A DNA stretch of 64,000 nucleotides. Source: a virus. The stretch lies in IMG/VR virus record IMGVR_UViG_3300036715_002535, positions 47,837-111,836 of that record; one strand, 5' to 3'. Shown in pieces: positions 44,368 to 55,769 of the stretch (positions are counted from its first letter, which is position 1; each line of letters starts with the position of its first letter). A program made the position numbers and the translations under genes. The notes beneath the pieces were generated by a model. The model searched no databases and was not told the DNA's origin. It worked only from the letters and a program-made list of their open reading frames with translations.

Positions 44368-45776
44368 ATACGCGGTTCCTCGTGCCCTTTACGATTGGGG
44401 TGGTACGAATCCCACCGAGCCAGCTTCTTGATATGCATCTGCGAGCATAGCAACAGCTTTTTCAATTTTCTCTTTGAGTGAAGGGATTGCTTCTACAAGA
44501 GGGTGGCTAGTTACATGTTCCTCAATCGTGCAAATGATAACGTGTAGACGATCCACAACCTCGTGGACATGACCGTCATCTAGACCTTCAGGCAGGGGAG
44601 GGAAGGGTGGCATCATCTGAGTCCTACAATAACTGCGTATAAGTATCGGGGTTCTGGATCATAGTAGGTCGTGCTCTTGGCAATACTCTAGAGCAGCGAA
44701 TACGGGGCCAGTGATCCACGCTTGTTCAATTTCCTGGGAGGTCCATACTCTTCCAGCATTGTCTGGTTTGTCTCCCAGGTTCTTCATGGCTTCGCAGATA
44801 GGGCAATAGTCTCCAGTCAGGAGATAGGGTCCACCCAGTTCCACAGCTCGATTGGTGATCATCCAATGGCAAGACATCAGGGGATCGTAGGGTGCCTCAC
44901 CTCCTTTCAGTTCTGTCTGTAGGCGTGCTGCAGCTTCGCTACCACCTTGGGCTACGAGGTGTGACATACCGGTGGTTTCGATTGACTGGCGTAGGGCGGT
45001 CCAATGATATTCACAGATCTTCATGTGTTGATCCTTTAATCGTTGCTGGAGGACGATGATCGCGACTAGAGCTTCTCGATAGCATCACGAAGATCAGTTA
45101 CAGGATTCGAAATTTCAGTATTCTTGATCCCCTCGGTTTCAATCTTCATGCCAATGCTGATGGCCAGAGCCGCAAGTCCAAACCACCCTTCAGGGGATGT
45201 GGGTTGAACTGGGTAAATGCGTTGTTGCCAGAAGTCTGGTGTTCCACTATCAAGGATATGCAGTGGAACGTATTTTTCTAGGCTTCGAATGCAGTCTTGC
45301 AAGCCAAGGGTTACATCCTCAGTTTGATAGTCTCCAAAGAAGATATTGTAGGTACTTCCAAAGCCTATCTTTCGACCATCGAAGATCTGTCGGTACAACC
45401 TCGTCCAAGAATCGTGGGAGTACTGATTGTCCGGCATGCCTGGAATGATCAACTGTTCTACCAAGTTCGCAGGGAAACCCAGTCCCAGAAGAATCGTTTT
45501 GGCTAGCAGGTCCGGGTACTGGGTTACCAGAACGCATTCATCGCGTTCGAACCTTACTTCGTACCCATTGCCTACCTTCTTGATGTGAACGAATCGAAAC
45601 ACTTCATCGTTTGGTAGTCCGTGGATTCCACATTTTGGCGGAACCCAGCTTTCGCTGCGCTTCATAGTAACTCCATACGATAGTTTAAGGGTCCGTCGTG
45701 TCAGACCTGAATAGTTAACCCTACGTTCCTTGTTCTAGCAGGAGGGTTCTAATGGGTACCTCACGGTTGTAGGGAT

Positions 45777-45800
45777 TAACCTTGAAAGAGGGGTTACAAT
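45777..45800. promoter_or_regulatory. Class B motif taaccttgaaagaggggttacaat
   Basis: Same TAACC...GGTTACAAT architecture, in a divergent gap. Confidence 0.75.
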
Positions 45801-45823
45801 AGATAGATAGATGGAGGATTCCA

Positions 45824-46414
45824 ATGGGTAAGCTCAATTGTAGCAGGGAAGAAGGACCGGGTGTAAAGAAGCTTCGTATCCGTGCTGGTGTGCCTAAGAA
45901 GGCGGCACTCGTGGGCATGCCAGTCCCAGGCTGGTTCATCTTCTACAATCTGGGAAGCGGTAACTGGGAGGTCGAGGCAGCGCCCAATCCAAATACTGCG
46001 AGCCGGGAAGAACTGCAGAAGGTGATGGAAGACTTCAAGGAGTTTGGGTACAATGACAATATCAAACGGCACGGTCATAGCCGTACCTTCTATGTAGAGA
46101 TTACACCAGAGATGGTTCAGGATTGGGCTTCGGAAGGTGTGGAGAGCTGGGAAGATGATATGGTCACAGATGCCATTCAAGGACTTCCAAACACGGATAT
46201 TCGAAGAATTTTAAAGCAGAAGGGCTCCAAGAAGGCATCTGAGCTCAGGATTGTATCTGGGAAGAAGGACCAGCCCAAGAAGCGTGAAACCTTTGAGGAA
46301 GCAGTCGAGCGCGGGTACAAGGAATCCAAAGAGGTATTCGAGAAGCTTCAAAAGAAGCCGGTCCTGGTATCCGATGGGTCTACTACTTCGGACTTGGGAT
46401 CTCAGCAATCCTAA
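45824..46414 (+). CDS. KLRIxA-leader protein (MGKL...KKLRIRA)
   Basis: Leader interrupted by a 13-codon insertion; plus-strand island. Confidence 0.7.
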   Translation: MGKLNCSREEGPGVKKLRIRAGVPKKAALVGMPVPGWFIFYNLGSGNWEVEAAPNPNTASREELQKVMEDFKEFGYNDNIKRHGHSRTFYVEITPEMVQDWASEGVESWEDDMVTDAIQGLPNTDIRRILKQKGSKKASELRIVSGKKDQPKKRETFEEAVERGYKESKEVFEKLQKKPVLVSDGSTTSDLGSQQS

Positions 46415-48448
46415 AGAATGCGCAAATAAGACTTGCCACGGAAAGAGGTGGAATCCTGTAGCCAGGAAGGTCCTACGATGATCAGGTCTGTGCGGTTCAG
46501 GGTCTTGGCTAGTTGCTTGGGGTACTCGAGGTCATGGTTGGGCCACACATAGATGGCACGTTGTGGGGCTTTAAGCATTTGTTTTGTGGTACGGCCTGTT
46601 TGGTTCATGGTGGATCTGCGTAGAAGATCTTGCGTATGGTGCAGTTACCAAAGTCGAGGGTGCCTTCGATGAAGGTGGGTTGTCCTTCGAGGGCCACGAT
46701 CAAGCAGATCTTGCCTTCACGGTAGGTGGTCCACTGTTGCAGCCTCAGGAATCGTTTAGGGTGTAGGAGATAGAAATGGCAATGGATCTGAGCCTTGAGG
46801 ATGTGGAGTAGTCTTCTCATCTTACCATTCATTTTAGTGATTTCGTGATGAAAGTCTGGGTTCGAGATCATGATTCGCTCCGAGGGAAGTAACCCACTAA
46901 AGATCCTGAAAGAGACTTCTATCCCTCACATCGCTAAGGGGGCTTCGCGTGGTGGGTTCGTTGTAGCTGGGTTCCTTCTGATCCGTGATGGTCAGATGGG
47001 CAGGGTTGTCGCCTGTTATACCCCAAGGGCCTTCTTTCAGGACAGCGAACGCAGGCCACGTGCTATTTGAGCCAGATCGAATCCAGATCGCAGTATCTCC
47101 AGGGAGAGGGGAGTTCTGAAGTAATTCGATCAAACGGTCTTTGGTCAGTACAGGGCGGTCACTCATTCGTCCAGCTTCCTTTTTAAGGGTGTCCCAGTTC
47201 TTCACTAGATTCACCAGATGGTTGGCTTTCGCCTTTTGCTGTTCGGGACTACCATAGGTTGCGCAGCACATGCATCCACCTGACAGGAGGGCGTTACGGC
47301 AGGTGCAGTTCTAGTGGCAGGGCTGGTCAGCGAGGAGGCAGGGACAGGTCATATTTTTCCTCCCTTCGGGATCACTGCAGAGCAGGGTATTGGGCGCTCT
47401 CCATGACTCGATCAAACACTTTCCAGGCTAGACCAGGGTTCTTCTCACCTTCGAGATAGCGCTTGGCGTAGCCCAGGGCAGTACCTTTGTCTATTCTGCG
47501 TGAGGACCATCTGACTAGGGCTTCTGCGAGGGTATCTGCTGCGAGGTTCTCTGCTGGGGTCATAGTTTCACCGGAGCAGCCTTTTGATCCTCTTCGGATC
47601 CCCAAGCGGTACGCTTTACCGTTACTTCCCAGGAGCCAGCACGAGGTCCCAGCTCTAATGGAAAGACTGAGAGGGTAGCTTCGGGGTTGAGGTTCTTCAC
47701 GAAGGAAACCAGAAAGTCCTTCCACTTCTGGGCGCACTCCGCGTCCATTTCAGCAACTCGTTTCAGGAAGAACTCTGGTAGCTGAGTGTTCATGTTGGCT
47801 CCTAGTAATGATAGAGGTTCCCTTGCTGGGGGGATTCTGCCTACGTGTTTGGGTTCACTTGCTTCGAAGTTCATTTTCTAGCTTCTCGACACGTTCATGG
47901 CACTGGCGAGGGACATATCGATGAACGTCAGTGCCAGAGTGGTTCCTCAATCATCCTGCCAGTTCTTCTGGAAGGCATCGAGCTCCTCCTTGGACTTGGC
48001 TACATATTCCTGAATTGTCATGTTAGTTCCAATACACTAATTGAGGTGAATTCTTGACACCACAGTAAGGGCATCGAGGTTTTCCAAAGAAAGCGAATCG
48101 ATGGAAGTCTTTGTCACATCTTCCGCAACGAAGACCCCAGGTTCGGAACCATGAGATGGTCACGATCGTTGGGTAGTAGAGTTTCGTGGGTAACGCCTTA
48201 CCATCCATCTCCATCAATCCCTCTTGATAGAAAATATAACGTTTCTTTCTTTGATTGCTTCGATAGATTTTAGGATGTCCTCGTCCGAAGGGGCGGTCTT
48301 GGGGAGGTACTCCGGTCGATAAACCTTCAGATCGAATGCTTCAAGAGCCGAATGAATGATCCGAGCGATGGTGGTGCCACCATGACTACCTGGGCCTGAA
48401 ATCGTGATGGTCACGTGGATGGGTTCGGACATGTGGATACCTCCCATT

Positions 48449-48476
48449 GGTAACCTTCGATGAAGAGGGTTACAAT
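48449..48476. promoter_or_regulatory. Class B motif ggtaaccttcgatgaagagggttacaat
   Basis: Between divergent genes. Confidence 0.75.
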
Positions 48477-48494
48477 AGAATATTGGAGCAATTC

Positions 48495-48728
48495 ATGGTC
48501 AAGCTTCGTATTCAGGCAAACGTACCTGGATTCATGGAAGATGATGCGATCATCCGTGATTTTGTGGGTACTGGCTTGAACGATCGTATGTTATATGAGC
48601 ACATCGTACAGCAGACTGCGAGCCATCAGATTGCCAGGTACGTGGACAAACGCCTGAAGGAGTTGAAAGAGACCCTTGGAGAAGAAGGACTTTGGAACCG
48701 TCATCTACAATTGAAAGGGACGAAATGA
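48495..48728 (+). CDS. KLRIxA-leader protein (MVKLRIQA)
   Basis: Leader motif, SD GGAG. Confidence 0.7.
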   Translation: MVKLRIQANVPGFMEDDAIIRDFVGTGLNDRMLYEHIVQQTASHQIARYVDKRLKELKETLGEEGLWNRHLQLKGTK

Positions 48729-48961
48729 CCAAGCATAAGATCACTTCTGGTAAGAAAGCGGAGTTGTTCAACGAAGGCAACTGGCAGGATCATCTAGTGC
48801 AGTTCGTCGAGTCCTGGGCACACGATCAGATCAATGCTGACGGTACAGGTCCTACGTGGAAGATGGAAATCGAAAGGGCTAAGCAGGAGCTCTTGGAGAA
48901 GCTTGAAACCACCTGCACGGAAATAGAAGAGAACCTTCACAATGGCGAGTACTACGTTTAA
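48725..48961 (+). CDS. Acidic protein with weak leader (MTKHKITSGKKA)
   Basis: Coupled ATGA overlap within the leader-gene operon. Confidence 0.6.
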   Translation: MTKHKITSGKKAELFNEGNWQDHLVQFVESWAHDQINADGTGPTWKMEIERAKQELLEKLETTCTEIEENLHNGEYYV

Positions 48962-48972
48962 GGAGAAAGACC

Positions 48973-49158
48973 ATGGGTAAGCTACGTATCCGAGCCACCT
49001 TCAAGGCATTGAAGTTGCCCAAACGACTTCTGGAAGAACAGAAGAAGATGGAGAAGGACAACTCCGACATGCATTGGGTGCAGGATAAGATGAAGAACGA
49101 TACAACTCTGGAACAGCAGGAAGAAGCTACTCCAGGGGACAACGAAGGAACAGATTGA
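48973..49158 (+). CDS. KLRIxA-leader protein (MGKLRIRA)
   Basis: Leader motif, SD AAGGAG. Confidence 0.65.
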   Translation: MGKLRIRATFKALKLPKRLLEEQKKMEKDNSDMHWVQDKMKNDTTLEQQEEATPGDNEGTD

Positions 49159-49850
49159 TGAAACTCCACATCAAAGCATCTCTCAAGCGTGCAGTTCTCA
49201 CGATCACCACGCTTGAGGATGTGCTGATGGCGCGTCAGTTCATCACAGAACGGGATGGTCAGTTCCAGGAAGGTGGAGCGATCATTGCACCTGAAATCAT
49301 CAAGCAGATGCAGGATCAAGGTTTGATCCACTTGCGTTGGCAGGGGAATGATTACTCTAACTGGGAGCTTACTCCTGAGGGATTGAAGGCCAAGGAAGCT
49401 CTGACCAAGAAAGTGAAGTACAAGAAAGGTGATGAGATCTGGTACTTCCAGCCCACCCAATTTCTAGATATGCCACGTGTACCCAATTCCTTTTCAGGTA
49501 TCTACGTCGCTTGCATCCTCTGTACAGTCAAGAGTTGCGGTATGAAGCAGATGACCCTTGAGCGCAAGGTGGGTGGCAAGATGATGCAATACTTCATCAA
49601 GCCAGAACTTTACAAGAAATGGGCGGTACCTGCTACTCAGTTTCATTCCGAAGCTGAAGTAGTTGCCTATGGGACAAAGCTCAGTGCAGATGAACTAGAT
49701 CGTGTGATAGAGTGGGACGAATCCCGTTGGCGAAATGCTCAGAAGAAGTACGCAGAAGATCCCAAGGGTCTAGCGTTTGAACAGAAGGTTTACGATGATC
49801 ATAGGACACTCCTTGATCTGGTGAAGCCCTTCGCAAGGATCGTAGACTAA
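49155..49850 (+). CDS. KLRIxA-leader protein (MKLHIKA)
   Basis: Leader motif. Confidence 0.7.
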   Translation: MMKLHIKASLKRAVLTITTLEDVLMARQFITERDGQFQEGGAIIAPEIIKQMQDQGLIHLRWQGNDYSNWELTPEGLKAKEALTKKVKYKKGDEIWYFQPTQFLDMPRVPNSFSGIYVACILCTVKSCGMKQMTLERKVGGKMMQYFIKPELYKKWAVPATQFHSEAEVVAYGTKLSADELDRVIEWDESRWRNAQKKYAEDPKGLAFEQKVYDDHRTLLDLVKPFARIVD

Positions 49851-51785
49851 ATCCTGACGGTATTCTTCTCCGTCCTGGATTGGATCAGAGCTGCTGCCTG
49901 CTTCAAGGAGCCTTCGGTCCATAGATCGAATCCTTGTGCGCGAAAGAGGGAATCTCTGCAGGTATCCCCTTCAGTTGCAAGGGTGACCCCTCCAACCTCA
50001 AGATGTAGCTTACCAGACTGGGCACCCTGGTAGAGTTTGATCATCAACTCCCGGTTACGAATCCGTTTCGTAATTCGTTGACATAGTTCGATTGCTGTGG
50101 AGTAAGGGGAATGAGCTTCACTACTTGACCAACAGCGAACATTTTCTTGCAGTTGGGACACTCTACGTTGTAACAGAATTCCGCATCTACGTGGCTGTGG
50201 TGACCACATAGGCAGTGCAGATCCATGCACACACTTGTGCCCTTCCACTGTATCCAACCATGAGCGATGCCCTCAGTTGAGGTATCCTGACCATACACCG
50301 CATTGTAGTGTTCAGCCCAACTATCGGTCATGCTCTCACCTTAGTAGATTCTTTGTGATACCACAAGAACGCGCAGTAGTTAGAAACATCCAAAGGATCA
50401 CCCTTCTCTAGATGCACCCTCAGATGTTCTCTGCACTCGTCCATCCAGTCATCTCTTGACCAGTCAGCTTCGTACCCATACTTGTCTTGAGCCTTCTTCA
50501 ACTTCTCTGCCATTGCCTGAGCAAATCCCAGGATCAGGGAAGCGGTCTTAGGGTTGAGCTCAGCAGGGATCTGTACAATCCACTGCTTCTGTAGAACTGG
50601 GCACCATTCAGGTGTAATGTAGGAATCTCCGATTGATTTTCGTTCAGGGAAGTCTGGGTGCTTGCAATAGTGATCGAATCCCGAGTCTCCCTGGCACTGA
50701 TACCTTTCCTGTTCGTGGCACTCACAACCCATGCAGTGATGTTTGATCTTAGGTCCAATCATGCCAACCTCGAATGTAACCAGTCAGCGTACTCCTGCAT
50801 ACGAAGCAGGAGGATCGCGAGCAGGGGATTGTCGGTGATAGTAACTTCCCAGTGCTTTGTTTTCAGTAGGACCTTATGAGGTGTACGATCACCTTCCCAG
50901 AATACGAAGACACTGGTTCCATTGAGAACAACGTCTAAGATCTCTCGACCATAGTAGTAGTAGAAGATATCGTTCAAGTTCGATCCGTGAATGTTTGAAG
51001 AAACTCTTTCTTCTTCCTTGGTCCAAAGGTGACTCCGGTTAGAGTCCAGCACTGGTAACGGTCTTCCATGAAAGTGGAATCCTGGGAATTGAGTTCCTCT
51101 CTTGTGGCTACGAACTTGTTCTGATTCGAGGCCCAGATCCCATACTTGTTCCGTACGATCTCGTAGTGTTCGAGTTGCAGGATACGAAGATCCTCCTCGT
51201 ACGCATCGGATAGTTCAAGGGTTGGGAAGTGAAGGGAGAAGCCATCCGAGCCGAAGGTAACTTGCATTTTGAACCTCATTTTAGATAACCGAAAGAGCCT
51301 GTATCTCAATAGTGGGGGTGACCTTGAAAGGGAGATGCTAGGCACCCTACTAGGGATGAGCGTAGAGCCCACTCCTTTGAAAGTTTCTCCGCCGTTCCGC
51401 TTACATTCGCAGCAGATGAGGGGTGCGATATCGTGGGTGTTAACTGGAACTGGGTTGGTCATCCAGCACCTGTGTATCGAGTGGAAAATCCACGTTTGGA
51501 AAGTCTGATGTTTCCGTTGGGAATGGTGTATCAAGTGGAAGGGGTCCGGAATAGAACATCCCAAGTTTGATGCACGCAGCACGAGCCTTGGCCTGCTCTG
51601 TGTAGATGCCCTCGAGTTCCCATCCCTTGTTCACAAAGGACTGACCTACGATCCAGACTTCCATTACTTCTTCTCCGGGTAAGCTCGTTGTTCTGAGAAC
51701 GAATAGATTGAACAGAAGGCAAGATCCTGAAAGAGCTCTTGAAGTACCTTGTGGGTCTTCTGTTCGGGAGTCAGTTTGACTTTCA

Positions 51786-52103
51786 TTAGTTCAACTCGTT
51801 TTCCGCGAGATTGATCAGTCCTTGAAGAAGTTCCGGATCCTGATGGTGAAGATATTCGACGACCTTCTTGGACTTCTCCAGTTCTTTAACAAGGATTGTT
51901 ATCTCGCTCAGATCCTTCGATGAGGTCATTAGACGAACTGCGTAGAAGATATCCGCAACTTCCTTCTCGAGATCTTTACGGTTCTCCCAACTGTCGTACC
52001 CATGCCGAAGGATCTTACCAGCGGCCTGGACAGCCTCCCCACACTCCTCAATGAAGAGTGCTAGTCGTTCAGCTTCTGCAGGAGATAGCTTGTTGGAGAA
52101 CAT
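51786..52103 (-). CDS. MazG-like nucleotide pyrophosphohydrolase
   Basis: EECGEAVQAAGKILRHG...LEKEVADI. Confidence 0.75.
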   Translation of the reverse strand: MFSNKLSPAEAERLALFIEECGEAVQAAGKILRHGYDSWENRKDLEKEVADIFYAVRLMTSSKDLSEITILVKELEKSKKVVEYLHHQDPELLQGLINLAENELN

Positions 52104-53233
52104 TATCGCCTCAGAACGATTGCAGCAATGTCAGGAAAGTGTTCCGTGTAGTCCCCGAAGATCTGAATCCCAAAGGAGTCCGGCTCGACCTTGCTCCAGG
52201 TAATCTTCTCCTTAAAACCTGCGCCAGAATACGATCCAAAGCTCATAGGTGAAGAGTGGATTTCGATGAAGCCCGCCCAAGGCTTAATGAATGCTTCTTG
52301 AGCTTTGATAGAAAGGTCAGCTAAATAGTCTTTCTTGAGGTGCGGAACTACGCAGATTGGGAAGTCTCCTGCAATGCCACCACCCAGCTGTAAGAAAGCC
52401 AAAGAGGTAGTTTGAGTAGTTTCTTGATACCACTCAGCAAGCTTGTGCATGTAGCGGAAAGAGTGAGCAACCACTTCGGGACTGATGGGGTGGTCTTGAG
52501 CATACTGAGAGAGGAAAGGATGTTTGCCATTGTAGGAATAGTAAGCGAAGATGTTGCCCATTGTGGAATCTTCGACTCCACCCACAATGATCTCAACTTG
52601 ATTCTTCCAGGCCCAGTAGAGCCAGCAGTCGTGGAGTTCTTCCGTTCCATGGTACTTGGACTCGATCTCCTCCAAGACCTTGAAGAAGTATTCGTGCCAG
52701 AAAGGCGCCTTGTAAGGTTTCTCTGAAACTTGATGAAACTTGGCATCTTCTTCGCGCCAGAACTTCTCGAAGAGGGGCAGAAGTACGCGAGTAGATTCAT
52801 CTTCAGGCAGGAAGGTATCGGTGATACGGCGGAAGCCCTTATGATCGAGTTCCTTCTCCTGCTCGGAGGTCAGTTCAACGTAGTCAGGAATGTAAGCGTA
52901 GTGCTCGTTTGCGACCAGACGATAGAGGGATTCTTCCAGATTGGCGCCCGTGACCGAGATGCCTGAGATCTTGCCTGCGCGGATCAGATCACTGATGATG
53001 ACCCCTTGCTGGAACGAAGAACCCGCACCAGACATGGACAGGAAGATCTTGCCGCGATGGACGCAGTGGTCACGAAGCCAGAGGCCAGCGTCTATCGTCT
53101 TGCCACCATTACAGTGACGCTTGGTATGTACGAGATAGTTCGTGACTGGAGTGAGATGAGATGGGATATACTTACGTTCTCCCAGGAAGATCTTCTTCCG
53201 GAGTTCCGGGGAAAGGGTATCGAGCTTGTTCAT
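52103..53233 (-). CDS. Deoxyhypusine-synthase-like (homospermidine synthase type) protein
   Basis: KIFLSMSGAGS, VTGANLEE, RRITDT, EDSTMGN, GGGIAGDFPICVVP, GSYSGA..EKITW.K; likely start ATG 53233. Confidence 0.88.
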   Translation of the reverse strand: MNKLDTLSPELRKKIFLGERKYIPSHLTPVTNYLVHTKRHCNGGKTIDAGLWLRDHCVHRGKIFLSMSGAGSSFQQGVIISDLIRAGKISGISVTGANLEESLYRLVANEHYAYIPDYVELTSEQEKELDHKGFRRITDTFLPEDESTRVLLPLFEKFWREEDAKFHQVSEKPYKAPFWHEYFFKVLEEIESKYHGTEELHDCWLYWAWKNQVEIIVGGVEDSTMGNIFAYYSYNGKHPFLSQYAQDHPISPEVVAHSFRYMHKLAEWYQETTQTTSLAFLQLGGGIAGDFPICVVPHLKKDYLADLSIKAQEAFIKPWAGFIEIHSSPMSFGSYSGAGFKEKITWSKVEPDSFGIQIFGDYTEHFPDIAAIVLRR

Positions 53234-53276
53234 TGAGAACTCCCAGGTTGACTTTCGTGAATGGATTGGATACCCA

Positions 53277-54254
53277 TCAGTATGGTTTGTCCGACTTTCC
53301 AGCAAATCCAAGAGCAGGGGCATCAGTTGGATTAAACTTCTTCTTGTGCATGGACTTCATACGATCGACTGTTTCGTTGATGTCTTTACCGTAGCACTTG
53401 ATGGAGATGATCATTTCCTTGAGGTGGGGAATGGTCAGGCCATCGGAGAACTCAACCCACTGATCCAACTCTTCTGGAGTGAGGGAAGGTTCCTTCTTTT
53501 CGAGGTAGAAGCGGCGAGCAGCGTCAGACGGCATCCCAATGTAACGAATGAGATCAAATCGACTGGGACGGTCAATAAAGCGAGCATCAAGCCGTTCTGG
53601 GTAGTTGGTGGTTGCTAGGTGAACGATGTTGTTCACCTGGGACTCTCCATCGAGTAGGGAGAGGAAACCATTCTCATCGTACCTACGGACCAAGCTATCC
53701 AGATCCTCGAAGATGGCAATAACCGGGCGGTTGGGCTCGATCTTGCGAATCATCTTCAGACCATCATCACCCAGTCCAGGGTGTTCGACCATGAGAACAA
53801 TACCATCCAAATCTTTGATTACTGACCGAATGATTAGTTGGATCGTGGAAGTCTTACCAGAACCCGGAGGACCCCACATGAGAATTCCACGCTTGTGTAG
53901 GAATCCACGTTTTAGGAACTCATCCTTGAGAGCCCAGAACTGTGTGAAGTCCTCAAGAATTCTTTTGGAAGAATCGTCTGGTAGAACTAAAAGGTCATCC
54001 GTGATAAGGGGGATGGCTTCGAGATAGGGACCGGTGTTGGATGATTGTGCCCGGTAGCATTGAGAAGGAAGCGATTGAAAGGTCTTTCCGATGCCCCAGT
54101 AATTGTCACCGGTGTTGGCCCAGCAACTAAGGTTCTCCACTTTTTTGGCATTAGATGTATCAGACCCCTCGATGGGAGTGCAATCTGGAGGTGGATGAGG
54201 TAAGGGGGATTCCACCTGAGTGCCGATCACTTCGGAAATGTTTGGTTCACTCAT
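53277..54254 (-). CDS. AAA+ ATPase
   Basis: KRGILMWGPPGSGKT, IFEDLD, TTNYPERLD...RPSRFD. Confidence 0.9.
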   Translation of the reverse strand: MSEPNISEVIGTQVESPLPHPPPDCTPIEGSDTSNAKKVENLSCWANTGDNYWGIGKTFQSLPSQCYRAQSSNTGPYLEAIPLITDDLLVLPDDSSKRILEDFTQFWALKDEFLKRGFLHKRGILMWGPPGSGKTSTIQLIIRSVIKDLDGIVLMVEHPGLGDDGLKMIRKIEPNRPVIAIFEDLDSLVRRYDENGFLSLLDGESQVNNIVHLATTNYPERLDARFIDRPSRFDLIRYIGMPSDAARRFYLEKKEPSLTPEELDQWVEFSDGLTIPHLKEMIISIKCYGKDINETVDRMKSMHKKKFNPTDAPALGFAGKSDKPY

Positions 54255-54620
54255 ACCGCACCAACCTTGAGGCGCTCTGCAAGATCCTTTGCGTACTTGG
54301 TGATGTAGCCGTTGCAGAACGGTTCAGTTTCAGTTCGTTCTCCTATGGTAGGGACTGTGTCTCTTTCCGAGCTGATACCCCATCTCAAGAGATAAATTGG
54401 TTTTCCATCTTGAAGGATTTCAGTCATTCGTTCGATTTTCCACTTGGGGTGTACGTTTGTTGTCTTCTTGGTCAGATCGTACTTGAAGCGATACCACTTG
54501 CCCCTACAACCTACGATTGTACCTGGGCATCCATCGACTAGAACTCTCGCACCCTTCTTGAATGAGATGCCATAATTTAGGATGATGTATTTCTGATCCA
54601 TGAATTCTCCACAGTAAGAG

Positions 54621-54647
54621 TAACCTCACAACAAGTCGGTTTATAAT
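54621..54647. promoter_or_regulatory. Class B motif taacctcacaacaagtcggtttataat
   Basis: Between divergent genes 54601(-) and 54666(+). Confidence 0.6.
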
Positions 54648-54665
54648 TGAATGAGGGGATTGTAT

Positions 54666-54911
54666 ATGAAGCACAAGATCGCACGTCGCCCACGTCCCAT
54701 GAAGCAGATCATTCTGAATGTGATCGACGATGAAGATTCTCTTGAGAGAATGTTGAACGCAATCAAAGAGTGTTCCGACCCTGGACATTCCTTCGATGTG
54801 GTAGTCGATCCAGATGGAACAGAGGAGGAAGGTGGCAATCTATCCTTCGGGATTGATGGTGATGGTGCCTTCCGACTCGTAGACATCAAGATCAAAGAGG
54901 TGGTAGCATGA
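54666..54911 (+). CDS. Acidic protein with basic N-terminus (MKHKIARR)
   Basis: Plus-strand island, weak leader match. Confidence 0.6.
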   Translation: MKHKIARRPRPMKQIILNVIDDEDSLERMLNAIKECSDPGHSFDVVVDPDGTEEEGGNLSFGIDGDGAFRLVDIKIKEVVA

Positions 54912-55201
54912 AGCTCAGAGTCAAGGCCAACCTACGAAAAGCTACCCCAGTAGAGTTCTCCCGCGAATACGAAGTCGAGACTGGCTCCTACGAGCGAGAT
55001 GAGGACTCTGGAGATCTTTATGAGATCAAGCTAGACCTGCAGTTCACTGCGTTCCAGGAAGCAGATGGCAAGTGGTACGCAGATGTTGAAGGCGGCTACC
55101 ACTCTGACTACGACTTCGGAAGCATCGTTGAAGAGTACAAGGGTACCTTTGCCCAGGATCTTCAGGAAGCTTTCCCCGGCGCCGTAATCGTCTGGGCTTA
55201 A
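54908..55201 (+). CDS. KLRIxA-leader protein (MKLRVKA), highly acidic body
   Basis: Leader motif; 21 D/E versus 5 K/R after residue 12. Confidence 0.7.
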   Translation: MKLRVKANLRKATPVEFSREYEVETGSYERDEDSGDLYEIKLDLQFTAFQEADGKWYADVEGGYHSDYDFGSIVEEYKGTFAQDLQEAFPGAVIVWA

Positions 55202-55373
55202 AGTCCTGCCACGGTTTCTGCTACCATCTTAAGCTTCACGCAGATGATCTCGGACGTATTGACTCCTGCGCCTTGGGCATTCTGGAGTGCGCTGAGCATG
55301 TCATTCCCCATGATTTCCTTTGTCTGAATCTTGGGTGTCATGTAGGAGCTGAAGGTATAGACAATGAACGTAT

Positions 55374-55769
55374 TCACTTGGGCTCCCTGAAGAGGCGAAG
55401 GTCTACTAGTCCCAGAGCGCTTCGAGGACCATCGTGAAGTTTGTTTGCAGAAGTCTGCTGCTGGATCTGAAAGTCGATTGGAAGTCCAGTCATCTGTTTA
55501 CCCAATGAGGAAAAGGCTAGGCACATTGCAACCCACTTCCCATTCCGGTGTGCGTCTTTGGGATCCCCGAATCCTTGATTCGCATATTCATTGTCGTCGA
55601 GGATAAGACGAACATCTATATCTCTCCAACCTTTGCCATAGAGAGCAGAACCCACTAGGTAAGGTGGGCATCCAAAGGCGGACCAGACAGTGGAGCCGAA
55701 CTCATCCAAGAGGAGAGCTGCAGGCATTCCAACCCCTGGATTGATCTGTCGACCTTTTTTGGTTATCAT
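55374..55769 (-). CDS. Pol-beta-like nucleotidyltransferase-fold protein
   Basis: YLVGSAL....WRDIDVRLIL, PIDFQIQ. Confidence 0.65.
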   Translation of the reverse strand: MITKKGRQINPGVGMPAALLLDEFGSTVWSAFGCPPYLVGSALYGKGWRDIDVRLILDDNEYANQGFGDPKDAHRNGKWVAMCLAFSSLGKQMTGLPIDFQIQQQTSANKLHDGPRSALGLVDLRLFREPK

